NCBI GenBank assembly: GCA_030295235.1
Contig: AP026176.1
Span: forward strand, 434,001-498,000
Direction of reading: 5' to 3'
Length of the DNA: 64,000 bases
Source: Fistulifera solaris
Lineage: Eukaryota
Below the pieces are notes generated by a model. The model saw nothing but the letters and a program-made list of their open reading frames with translations, was not told the DNA's origin and did not search any database. Made by a program: the position numbers and the translations under genes. Positions 24,167-36,300 of the stretch are shown piece after piece (positions within the stretch are counted from its first letter, which is position 1; every line of letters begins with the position of its first letter).

Positions 24167-26036
24167 ATGCGATCGAAATCGTATCGCTGGTATGCGTTGA
24201 GTCTATTCATATTGTTGAGTCGACAACTATGGCGATCGGTATGGTTTTCTACCGACGAGGAGTCAATCGTCTCGATGAACGAACGAATGACCCTACCGTC
24301 GATGCTTTCTTTACCAAAGGAAACCGACATATATGCTTCGTTTCCGACAGATCCGAGTGCAATGTTGCATACAGAGATCCTGTCGGAAAACCTTGCCGAA
24401 GAAGTCAAACCGCATTCGGATTCACCGGCCTTTTGTGCGGCTTTGCCGATGGGTGCGTCGGCGGCGTCATTATGGACACAACACCAAGAAACGATTCTAC
24501 AAGCAACGGCATTACTTGAAACACATCTTCCGTGGATGCGACGACTGTTTGTGACATTGACACCCGATATCTTGGAACAAGGATTAGCGGTCCTGCCGTG
24601 GCTCGATCGACTCCGTACTACATTCACTCCGTTGCGGCGCAATGAAACATTACGAGTGGCCGTCATGGGTGGCAGTGTCGCGGAAGGACGGGGTTGTGAA
24701 GTCTTGCCACGGGCCGAATTATCCCAGTACAGAAACGCGACAAAAGTCGATAGTCGTCACTGTACGTGGGTGCATCGTCTGCAACTTCTCGCGGACGCCT
24801 TTGATGTACCCATTCAAATCTTTAATTTGGCCACGGGTGGGACCAATTCGTTCTTGGCCTTGCCTGTTTTGGAGTATCAACTGTACCATTCGGAAATATT
24901 GAAAGAAATGGGGGGACCCCATGTTGTGGTGAATGCGTACGCCCCAAATGATGCACTGTACTCGTGGTCGTGGGATACTGCCATCAACAATGCGACGGCA
25001 AACTACGATCATTCTCACGAAACTTGGCAAGCCGCTTCGCAATTTGTTTCCGCGGCAGCTTCGTCGTGTCAACAACAGCCATTAATCATGTTTGTTAATG
25101 ATTATTACGGCAATCATCACGATCGATTGTTGGCCGAAGACATTCGTCATGATGCCGTCCGACAAGTGGCGCAAGAGTCGGGACATATGTACGTGAGTCC
25201 GGCTTCGGCGCTGCGTCCTTTGTGTACGGCAATACGCGAGAAACATTGTTTTCACCACCGTGGTGGACGCGGAAACAAAAAGGCAAGCCGTTGGAACGAA
25301 AACGCGATGCGCATTTTGGTATGCCGGGGCATATTGCCGTGACGTGGATAGTAGCTTATTCGTTGTTGCGCGTCGCTTTGGAATATTGTGAACACGAACG
25401 ACACGAACGTGAAACCATGCGAAAGACAACTACTTCCAAAGACAAAAATGTGACTCCAATTATGAATACGCCCCTACCGTTGCCCACACCTTGAGTGTAA
25501 GAACGCCTGCAACAAAGAAAGCTGCCCGTTCAACAGTGCTCGAAGAATGGTCCGTGTCTCTTTGCCTTTGTGGCCAATCCAGCCGGAACACATCGGTTAC
25601 GTGGCAAGCTTCTGCGAATTACATTGCCAGCTACGAAGTTTCGAATACGGGATGGCACGCCGAAGACGATATTCGAAATGGATGGCAGAATAAACTCGGT
25701 TTGTGTGCGCATTCCGTCGGGACAGAACTGGTGTTGGAATTTCGAAACATAACCCAGCCGGTGAAAACCATTTCGTTGCATTCCATGAAAAGTTACGGTC
25801 CAGCGTGGGGAAAATAGTGTGGCGCAGTTCAATGTTACAATTCGCCACAGCAGCCATTGTCTGACACTGCATTTGAAATAACGGGCTTTCACAACCAAAC
25901 AACAAGCCTGACGTATCCGTATCAGTTGGAATTACCGGCCGGTGCAGCGAAACTGGGGACGGATCTTGAAATTCGAATGAGATTGGTACAAGGATCCAAT
26001 TTCAAAATCACCTCTCTTTTGCTGTGCGATCGATGA
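24167..26036 (+). CDS. SGNH-hydrolase-like type II membrane protein, several frameshifts
   Basis: Signal anchor; LRVAVMGGSVAEGRGC (block I-like), NLATGGTNS, NAYAPND, HFGMPGHIAVTW. Continues through ORFs 25222 and 25491 to FKITSLLLCDR-stop at 26036. Confidence 0.6.
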
Positions 26037-26567
26037 TGCCAATGGCTCTCAGTTATCCGGCTGGATCGCTTCGGCATCGCAGTGTATGCCGCTCTAGCTT
26101 GGCGTTGGATGTATTTTTGTGTATTAGTCTCAACGAATAAAAGGGGTATGTTGAACTGAATTGTGAGTCAATATCACGCGATCGGCTTATCTTTGGGACA
26201 CAATCGTTACTCGCCGTCTTTTGCCCTGTGGAAATTGCGGCGGCGATAGTGGTCCCAAAGTCTGTACCACCAAGTTGGGTCTCGGTTATTGCACCGACAA
26301 AGACGGTCAAAAGTACGAGACTTGATCGATTGATTCGGATTTACATTGAAACAGTGACAGACCCTGGGCGCAAGATACCGCCCGGTGTGATTGGCATGTC
26401 CTACGTTACTTATCAACGATGTGCTTTTCTTTGAGGACGAGACTTCAAACTGCCAAGATCCCTACAAACACTTGGAACCTGGGTCAGGATCAGGTCCCAT
26501 TCAAAAGACGAGTGGCGATACGTCGTGGGATTGCTACATTTGTGAATAATTAGATAGCAATCCATTG

Positions 26568-26965
26568 TGTTGAAAATACTAACGCATTGTGGAATCGAAC
26601 CACAGAGCCAACCCAATCACGTCAGATATTTCTACCCCGATCCATGATATATAAGCCACTCTGATTGACGTCCAGACCCTCAATCTGACATCCTCCCTGG
26701 CCTTATACTATCATGATCGTACTGTTTTTGCCCTTCAGCCTCCCTCGCTTGAGACCGCTTCAAGCCCTGTTCTTTTATCCTCCCGGCTTCACAGGAGTCG
26801 GCAACAAACTCACTCCGCCAGGGTTCGAACCCTGCACGTTACCATGTTGAAAATACTAACGTACTGTGGAATCGAACCACAGAGCCAACCCAATCACGTC
26901 GTATTTCTACCCCGATCCATGATATATAAGCCACTCTGATTGACGTCCAGACCCTCAATCTGACA
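26568..26965 (-). mobile_element. TRIM (miniature non-autonomous LTR retrotransposon), 398 bp
   Basis: TG..CA direct repeats at 26568-26690 (123 bp) and 26845-26965 (121 bp), differing by 2 substitutions and 2 missing bases. PBS TGGTAACGTGC follows the 5' LTR; PPT AGGGAGGA precedes the 3' LTR. CCATTG is duplicated on both flanks; the 154-bp interior is noncoding. Confidence 0.9.
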
Positions 26966-27028
26966 CCATTGGAGTATATACAGCACAAAAAGTCATGACA
27001 TTTTACTTGGAGTGAAAAAGGGTTTATA

Positions 27029-28900
27029 CTGGGTCTTAACGGACGAAAAAAAGTAGTATGCTACCAAAAATTTTAGGCCAACGTGGTAAAAAAAATGCCG
27101 TTGAAGGGTCTTAACGGATTTTTGATTCTACATGTGAAACCATTTTACCACTATACAAAATTATGTAGAAATGAACATGAAGTCACACGCCGATTTTGCG
27201 AAAACGACCATCATAATGAGAGCTTTATTGCAAGGAAAAGTTGCTTTTCGTCAATATTCTATGATGCATCGTGGAGGCACAATGTCATGGTTAGCAGTTG
27301 CGGAGCGCGATGTGATTGCGAGCAGCGGTAGAAGGTAGAGCGTCCTGTTTTCTAAAGCGCGCTCACGGCAACAGCCGACCAAGTTGCCGCGAGTTTCTTT
27401 AAGAATCTGCAAAGTCCAGAGACTTCTACAGGCCTCGTTCAAGTCAAAAATATGCTGAGTAACCAATAAAGACCATTTTATGGCTTTGGAAGCTCTACAA
27501 TAACGCTGTGCGGCTGTCAGTCGGTGACTCTCTCTCGAGTGCTCTGACACATTTTTTGTTTCGACGGGGTTTGCCTCCTAGCGGCTCTGTCGAAACCCAC
27601 AAACAAGCACGATTTTATGCTGTATGATCTAACTCTCAAGCATGGACATGAATAATCTCGTGTTCCGTGGCCCCGCTTTCAACGAAAAAGGCTGTTCGCT
27701 GTCGTTTCTTGTCGGCAATCGAAGTATTACGCAACAATCAACGACGATGGTGCAATTGCAAGAATAATAGCGGACTTTTAAACGAGAAAAATCTCGTGTG
27801 AGCTGTAGGATGCATTTAACATGGCTGTGATGTTGGTAAAGCTTTTCGTCGTGAAATGCAAATAGACATTCATATGTGGACTAGGTCGGTTTAAAAATAG
27901 AAAGTAGACCTAAACGAAGGCATTATTTCCCTAGCTCTAAACATGTTTACGTTGCCTTATAGCAAATTCACCTCCCCCTCAATCTTTTGTTCTGTATTTG
28001 TCGGTCAAGCGCGTTGGACTGAAGTTGTCGGGTGATTTTAAGTTCATTGCAGATTGGAAAATTGATCCCGAAAAAAGTATGCCATCGACCGCTAGTTTAA
28101 GTTTGAAAAACTAGCTTTCTTCATTGTAAGTACTCCATTCATTCATGTTCTCATCAAGTCAACAAATTGCTGCGAGTGGGCGAGCACAGCGCTCATGATG
28201 CTGTTTGTCGTGTTGGTGGAAGTCGACAACAATACAAGAGCTGCCTTTTCATGTGTACTCCGGTTTTCACTTGCGAGAACCAGCAAAAACTTTACTGTGC
28301 ATGAAAGCAAGCAAGGATGCGGCAAGCGCGCATCCTCGGGAGTCGCCAACGTACTTAGTTGACCAAATTCAATCGTCGTCGTGAGGTGCAACCTTCCAAT
28401 ACAAATGGGTTATCTTTTCAGCGGTTGAGACGAAGGAATAGAAGAATCAGCGGGACGTAATAGGTCCTTCCGACATCTGGTATACTAGAAACGACGTTTT
28501 CTCGCGGCCACCACGTGTTATTGTTCATCTTTTCCGCAGAAACGCTGATCACGCACATTTGCCGACGGCATTCATGACGTTTAAACCCGCAAAACTCCTC
28601 CATTTTGTCCGCGATTTCGTCCGTTCCGCCGCACCCATGGTTCCTAGTGTTTTTATTAACAATTTGCGTAATTTTTGGTAAAGAAAACGATGCCAGAGAT
28701 ACATTTTAATATCAAAAAGGTCATGTGACGACAGTGCTTTTGATAATTTTAAGCCATGCTACCATCATGCTACCATGGAATTTCGCTTTTGCCCATGGTA
28801 AAATCCGCCGGTAGCATGGAACCAAAAAAATAGGTAATGAGCTCAAAATAGGCCTTTTCTCTTGGTAGCATGCTACCGATTTTTGCCCGTTAAGACCCAG
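27029..28900. mobile_element. Non-autonomous or decayed TIR DNA transposon with TA target duplication (Tc1/mariner-pogo-like), 1872 bp
   Basis: TA|CTGGGTCTTAACGG at the left end and CCGTTAAGACCCAG|TA at the right; the imperfect TIR extends about 35 bp. Subterminal ATGCTACC motifs; no intact transposase ORF. Confidence 0.75.
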
Positions 28901-29008
28901 TATTAATATAAAAGGCGAGATCGTTGCTCTCTAGTTATAAACGATCACGTTTATGCCATCTTTGGCATGTTCTGGGGTGACATTCTTTTGTGAATCGACA
29001 TGATTTCA

Positions 29009-29087
29009 GGAAAGGACGTTAAAATTCTGCCTCTCAGTACAAGTTTCTACGTAGAGCCTACGGCGACAGAATTTTAACGTCGTTTCC
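29009..29087. repeat. Inverted repeat, 21-bp arms (1 mismatch), 37-nt spacer
   Basis: GGAAAGGACGTTAAAATTCTG (29009-29029) versus CAGAATTTTAACGTCGTTTCC (29067-29087). Confidence 0.8.
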
Positions 29088-29381
29088 AGTCACGTGAAAT
29101 GTCGCCTACACTTTGGAGTCATAGTAGCCGTCCGTCCATCGTCAGTGCATCATTCTTGCGTTTCGACGACGACCATGAGGAAAGATGGACTTCGTTGTCA
29201 TTGCAAATAATAATAAGCAAAGTGTCGTTACCTTTTAAATAGTGAAGTGAATTCATTCATTCATTCTTCACAATTACAACAAATACTGTTAGAAACTGTG
29301 TAGGGAAGAAGAAGCGAATCGAAGAAAGCGATTTTTAGGAGATCAATTTATATTATTACAAACAGCAATTTACAAAAAAAA

Positions 29382-31803
29382 ATGACGATGAGCATGAATA
29401 TTGACGACGAAAATCCTCCAAGCACTCCGTTTACATTGTTGCAGACACGTCGTTTTGCTGCGCCTTCGACGCTACTGAGGCTATGTCCTTCGATGGATCT
29501 ATTATTGGTCTTGTCGGCATCCTCGTTGACATTGTATCGCAGTGTCACCTTTCAAAAACTCGTGACTTTGACGACAAATAATGACAATCATAGTACTGCA
29601 ATAGCATTGGCGGCCTGGCGTCCCGATGGACGATGGCTGGCGTGTGTGGATCAGGCCGGACGTGTCCTGTTACAAGATTTAGAAGCCATTTTGGCATCAG
29701 CATCCTCGCCCGTTGTCACGATATCTGAGGATACAATGCCGCAACAACCCTTCACTTCCTTGGCGTTTTCCTTCCTCCACCACGCAATGGAAGGCATTGG
29801 TGTGGTATCATGTGGGAAAAGCGCACGCGTCGTGGTCGAAACACGAAGATGATGAAGAGGAAATTCCGTATTTTTTGTCGGGAGATTCCGAATCACACTA
29901 TTTGCCGTATCACAAGAAGAAGGAGGCATTGGCATCCACCATCCCGACGCGACATACGCCACTGAGTCTGCTCATAGCGATTTCCGAAGATGCGGGTGTT
30001 TATCAATGGCATGGATGCTTGCATGGATGTTATCCGATTTTACAGCAAATACCGATTTCTACCCGAGGAGACGATGTCCGTGTTGTGACTTCGACCAATC
30101 TGACACAGCTGGCGGTCAGTGTGATTTCTTCACAAAAAACCACCATTACACTGTATTCCATTCCTTCTCTGCATCAACATCGTCAAGCCTTACAAACCAT
30201 CAGTGCCCTCTATGCGAGTACCAACACACGGCTCCTTCGGTTGCAGGAAGCCTTACCGGAAATTCTGGGAGCGTGGAAGTCGTCACTCAAACCCCTCGAT
30301 CTGAAATTACAAGGATTGGTGCGCCTCTTAGAAAATTATGGTCTCTTCGAGGCTACGACACTCCGACAATTGCTCGTGCAGTACATCTTGTCGGGACATA
30401 CCCGCGCCGCACCCAACTTATCGAATGCCATGGATCAATTCTTTACCGGTGTCCAAATGAACGATCAACTCATTCAACGCTTGGAAGCTTCACTCACGGT
30501 GGCCGTGGCGAATGTGGAATCGCAATGTCGGGAACATTTGTTGGAACCGGCACAAGCCTGTGTTCATCAATTTTCGACGTTGCACGGATTGGCACGACAG
30601 ATCGCTGCAGATCCATTATTGAATGACGAGGATGGAATGTTGTTATCGGCCAAACATTCCATGCGTTGTTTACAACAAGCCGAGGGGTTGTTGTTGACGG
30701 TCGAACGCACTCTGGTGCAGTTGTTGGAAGCACGGATCCGTTTACGAGATTGGGTGGCTTGGCTGCGCGCCGTCGGTGCCCAAATCAAAGCACGAGGAAC
30801 GGCACCCCAATCGGCGCGACACGAAAATGCCCGCAAACGGCGGGTTCCCGATGCGGTAGTTCAACGATTGTTACGCTATTTGAGCGAGTCGAGTGGTGAT
30901 GAAGCCAGTGACCACACGACGGAATCGATTCTACATTTGCAATTTGCGCAGCTGCTGCAGGAGAGTGCCTCGGGCGATGGTACAACCAGCAGCACGACAC
31001 TTCCACAGTGCTTCACGGGCGTGCAGAGTTCTGCTCAAGCGTTGTTTGCTGGTCCGCCGCAATGTATAACCCAGCAAATGCAGACAAAGCAACTGTATTT
31101 CGGCGGTTTATCAACTACGCGACCTATGGCGATGATTATTCGGATGGGTCAAGGGAATGCAGCTACCAGTGAAGGACTGTATTGCCCCGCGCCAGATGCT
31201 GCTCGTTTTCGGCAATGGCTCCTGGTGGCTCGAGCTGTGGATGAGAAAAGTTGCGTGGATGTGCATGCCATTCCTCTGTCATGGAACGGCCAAAACAGTG
31301 TCGATTCTCCGCAAACATGGACGTCGCGGTTGCATTTAGATGGTTGCGATGAAATACTTGCCGCTGAATTCTATTCGGACGATGGAAAGAGCAATTTATC
31401 GGGCGAGTCAAACGGCAAAGAAGGAAATCGGCAATCTTTGGTGATATTGATGCGAGTGGGAAACAACGTCCAATTATCGGTCGTAAGTTACGAAGGCCTT
31501 GAGCTGACGATGCAACCTTTAACGCCTAGGGAGTCAAATTGGGTTTTACCGCAGCCGGACACCACCATACAAGTACAATTCAGCAGCCCAGGCGACGACG
31601 TGGACGAGGAAAACGGGGCTGTGTTTGGTAAAACACGTACCGTGTCGAATTATACTGGCCGAGCCAGTTTGGTGTTGAGTGGCTCGCGAGGTATGGCGGC
31701 AGTAGAGTGTCCGCAGGATTCAGATGTACAAGGAGTTGTCTGGAACTTGTTCGATTTAGAAGAAGACGAAGAGGAGGCCGACGAAGTATCGCTGGATGAA
31801 TGA
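29382..31803 (+). CDS. APC4: Anaphase-promoting complex subunit 4; one frameshift near 29750
   Basis: CPSMDLL and AWRPDGRWLA match the ANAPC4 WD40 N-terminus. A long helical domain follows (WKSSLKPLDLKL..LVQYILSG), and EFYSD lies in the C-terminal propeller part. Confidence 0.75.
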
Positions 31804-32125
31804 AGGACACAAAACCTGATTCCTGACCAACCTCATCCATCTCCGACCAAGACACGTTTGTGCCATACTGAACACAAACTTAGATTGCCTTCGATATGGT
31901 AAGCTTTAGTAAGCTTTGTCATCGGTCCAGATCGGTCTTTGTGAATTGCGACAATGATTTTTTCCATCGTTATTGTCTTATCAGTACTCGGTGTGTAGAT
32001 ATAAAACGACGAACCGGGTAAGGATGAGAAGACGACGCCTCACTTTTCTTGCGAAGTCGTCGAAATAAAGAGAACGCAACTTCACTTTTGCTTCGCCATC
32101 CTTCAAAATAAGAAAAACATAACCA

Positions 32126-33319
32126 ATGGAGCAGTTAAAAAGCATCGTTATGATTTTCCTTAAGAAGACTTTACAACGGACGAACAAAATTGACCGTCAT
32201 TGCACATACGCATCGTGGTGCAGTTTGGGATTGCAAAACAGCCCTCTCGTACAAAATGAACTCGGCTCGTGGAAGCGTTCGCCTGATCTCACTCGAGTCC
32301 TCGAATATCCTGACGAGCCGAATGTATTGGAATCGCTGCGTCGCGCGTACGAGACCCGCAATGATAGTCGAAGCAGTATATTAATAAAATCACAAGGTTT
32401 GCTGGCGTTGACGGCCGAAGTGCAAGTCCTGCGCGGTGAATCGCCTGTCAAGACTCTCGAACAACTGACGGAAATGCAGCAGCAAGATGGAAATTGTGAT
32501 TATTTTAGTAAATCGTTGACAAAGCTTGCACTCGCCAAAGTGAGATGGATGGAAGGAGACTTTTTCTCGGCTGCTGCGCTTTGTCGAGAGTTATTGGAAG
32601 ATGATTCGCCCGCCGTATCTGCGGCCGCGCGCAATGGTCACGCCCTTTCTAAGCTGATGATTGCCAGTACATTGGAGGATCTGAACGACGTTCTTGACCC
32701 TGTTCGAAGGAATGACTGGAGTTCATTGCCTTTGGCGCAACTGAATTTCGGGGCCGCCGAAGTCATCTACGGAGACGTGTGGCATGCAAACAGCCCAGAA
32801 AATGATCGACCTCTGGAACCCGCTCTGAGACAATGGAAGCAAGGATTGAGTTGGTTTGAAGAGAACCCCCGAGATGAGGGTATAGCTTTAATATTACAAA
32901 GTCAATTGAATGCAAACATGGCGTGGGGGCTGTTGCAATTGGGGGATATCGAACAAGCGTCGACATATGCCGAGGAAAGCATGAATTTGGTGCAGCAACA
33001 CCAACCATCAATTCCATTAACACTCCCATTAACGTTGCTTGCACGCTGTCGTGACAAGTCAGAATCTTTTCAGAAGGCAGAAGAATTGTTTCAATCAGCT
33101 ATTTCGTCGACACCAAGAACCCTGTCGGAGAAATTACAGATGCTATACGCGTTGAGAACGTATGCAGCGCTTTGCCAAAACAGGGACAAGTGCGACGGAG
33201 ACCCAAAGCAACTAGCAGCTCAAGCTAAACAGATCGCTTTGCCGGAGCCCTGGAAGCATAAAAGTTCGTATGTTTATACGAGTTTGTGGTTCTGGACACC
33301 ATATGAAATGAATATGTAA
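32126..33319 (+). CDS. Helical-repeat (TPR-like) hypothetical protein; start uncertain
   Basis: 397-aa ORF with TPR-like helices (NANMAWGLLQLGDIEQASTYAEES). Confidence 0.55.
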   Translation: MEQLKSIVMIFLKKTLQRTNKIDRHCTYASWCSLGLQNSPLVQNELGSWKRSPDLTRVLEYPDEPNVLESLRRAYETRNDSRSSILIKSQGLLALTAEVQVLRGESPVKTLEQLTEMQQQDGNCDYFSKSLTKLALAKVRWMEGDFFSAAALCRELLEDDSPAVSAAARNGHALSKLMIASTLEDLNDVLDPVRRNDWSSLPLAQLNFGAAEVIYGDVWHANSPENDRPLEPALRQWKQGLSWFEENPRDEGIALILQSQLNANMAWGLLQLGDIEQASTYAEESMNLVQQHQPSIPLTLPLTLLARCRDKSESFQKAEELFQSAISSTPRTLSEKLQMLYALRTYAALCQNRDKCDGDPKQLAAQAKQIALPEPWKHKSSYVYTSLWFWTPYEMNM

Positions 33320-33360
33320 TTCTTTTCACGTGGCTGAAGGTCGGATATTCGCAATTATGA

Positions 33361-36300
33361 TCAATTCAATGGTGTCAAGAAGGGAAGAGGGACCAGGACT
33401 GTATCCATCAACTGGACCCGATTCTGGTTAATCATATCGCAAAAAGTATTCGACCGTTCAAGTGGCAATTGAAAGTCCATGTGAGCTTCTCGAACACGTT
33501 CGTCGCATAAATAGGGAGTAGAGTCTGCTTGAAATTCACTGATAGGAGTCTCCTTGTCCACGCTTTGATAGATTTTCACTTTGAATATGCTCTGTAAAAC
33601 AGCGTAACAGAATTGTTGTCTGCGTTCTCGCCAAGTGATGTATGTCTTCTGGATCAAAAGAGCTGCTCTGTGCCGCTGGACGAGACGCTCGTCCACCGAC
33701 AATTCCACTCGTATTCTTTGACAAGAGAGCTGTTCCACAATTCGAACACTCCAGCCCGTGGACCGGGAGACATGTCTTTTACGTTCTGTGTTGAAGCCAA
33801 TGCGGAGTGCTTTATATTCGCAGCGCGCTTGGTAACCTCGATAAAGTCGTTGAATCATGACGCAGCACGATGATTCCATTGACCGAAACGCCCGAGTCAA
33901 TCGTGATGACTGTGTAGCGGAAAAAGCATGTTGCTCAGAGCTGAGCAATGGTAGTTTTGATTTCGTGCTTTGTCTTACTAGCCCTAAGACGACAGGTGCC
34001 GGGATGTTAAGCATACGCTCTTCGACACGTAGTCGTAACAGTATAACCACAGATTCCAGTATAAAAATCATTGCGTCGAATTTCCAATTCTTGTACTGTT
34101 TAGACGCCGTGCTAGAAAGCATATCGCATGGTAAGTTTTGGCGTCGCTCCTCAAAGTGTCGAAGTGCTTGTTGTAGAGCAGGCATTACAGTGGTGTCGCC
34201 AAGGAAACTATTACGATCAAAGCAACTGCGAAACAGGGTCTGTATCTGTAATACATCTCTCAAAAGACGATTTTCTTCAGTCTTTCGGCGACTCCAAATG
34301 TTTCGTCTGCACAAGATACCTCGAATAACTCTTTGCAAGGTAATAATAGATCTTTTACGATGCTGAACATACAGACGAAACTTTTTCTGGAATGGTACAA
34401 TGGCGTTTCGACACAGCTGGTAATAAGCACGACATTGATATCGACGGAACGAGCTCTGTATCGTGCTAGCCGCAACTGTGTATTCCAAGAAACAAACGAC
34501 ACGAGTGTGTTGCAACCGCACAGGCGATGTTTCGGCGATAGTTAGTGGGTATCGCGTCTTTCTGTAATATGCTCGCCATTTACTCTGTATCACAGATGCC
34601 GCAGTTTTCCGTATTTCGATTTCAGCCAGGCAATTCCTGTACTTGTTTCGTTCAATCCATCCACGAATGTGCGATTGCAGCTTAATCGAAGACAACTTGG
34701 CTTTATTGACAACCTGTCGGACAAGCAAGGCTCTTGCATGTGATTGAATGTGAAGAATAGCAGTGCGCCTCATGGAGGCTTCTCGAACGGCTAGGCACTT
34801 GCGTGCGACGGCTTGCATTTTGTTGCTCTTTCCTGCTGTGCGTCATGTCGAAGCTTCTGGAGCTTGCGACGTGTTACCGCCCCACGAGCCCAAGACTGTA
34901 AGACGATAATTGAAGCGCAAAATAATTTGTATCTCTGCCTCACAAGCCATCTTCGTGCGCATGCTTGAATAAGCATCACAGTCTGGCTGAGCTCGTATCT
35001 TATGCAAACAAAGTTGGAGCGAATCATCCATGCGCGCACATGAGATTGTAGTACGATTGAAGATTCCCGCATGGTAATGTATCGTAATCTGGTTGACACA
35101 CATCGCACCAAATTTTGAATACGAACTGCGGCTTTATTGATCTTGAGTTGATAACGAGCGTTTCTGTACCGGCTCTGTATAATAAACTTACGGGCGAACG
35201 ACTGGATAACAAGAAGAGACGACCGAACCAAGTTATAGCGACGCACGGCGAGCCAGATGCGAACTCTCGTTTGTATGTTTGTAGCAGCATTTTTGGAAAT
35301 AGCGAGTTGGTAGCGGGGTTTATATCCTCGATAAGTTGCCTGAATCATCAACGCAGCCACGCGCGACAAAATAAAAGAGTTCTGTACAAAAATTCGACGG
35401 CAAGATTTCTGGAGCACGATAGCCGATGCATGTCGAAGTTGTCGTTGCGGGGAAAGCATCCACATGCGGAATAGGGACTGGATCAATATTGCAGCACGAT
35501 GACGACGCCACCATGTTTGAACTGTGATCGCCGCCCACCACAAAAGAGAAAAATCGCGAGCTGACTGCCAGCCTCGATAAGTAGCCTGTATGGTTGTTGC
35601 AGCAGATTTCATTCGCTTGAAGGCATTTCGACATAGGTACCCTCTTATAATGGCTTGCAGCCAGACACTTAATATTTGTAAATTGTGAAGATGGTGCTGG
35701 ATCGGAATCATACGCCACCAGCATTGCAAGCGAAGTGCGTGGCTTTCAATCTCATTCAGGCTGAACTGATTTCGAACACAAAGAGTGCGCCAGTAAATTT
35801 GCCAGCGATATGTTTTCAGGGAAGGACATGATGATATCATGTCGAAACAAAATTCTTTGAAGTGCACCAGCCTGTAGCAAATCAAAGTTATGTCGTACTA
35901 GATAACCGCGTACGACCCGTTGAATTTGAGTACAAGCGGTGTTGGCTCGATGAAAGCCAGCGACGAGCACACTCTGAAATTGCAAAAAGCCTGGTGGTGC
36001 CGTAGCTAGCCAACGTTGAGTCATGTACATTCTCACACAGGACTGGATCAAAATAGCGCTGAAACGCCAAAGCTGAAATGTTTGCGTGGCTTGAAAGGAA
36101 CGCCACTTGGTCTGAATAATAACGGCTGCGGACAACCATATTCGATATTTCTTGATTTTTTTGTCGCTTCAGGTAACCCCTTACGACGCGCTGAATATCA
36201 ATCGACGCAGCTTTAGCACAATCAAAGCCAGCGGCAAGGACGCCTTGATAGTGTTGAAAAGCAGGCGTCGTGAGGATGATGCGAGGGATGGAACGGCGCA

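Noticed and set aside
26053..26560. Short ORFs between the SGNH-like gene and the TRIM
   Set aside because: No recognisable motif; a gene remnant cannot be told from noise.
26790..26844. A tRNA gene ending GGTTCGAACCCTGCACGTTACCA
   Set aside because: No D-arm, anticodon arm or 5' acceptor strand; it is the complement of the TRIM primer-binding site.
26568..26965. CRISPR-like repeat-spacer structure
   Set aside because: Only two 120-bp repeats, with LTR hallmarks; eukaryotic context and no cas genes.
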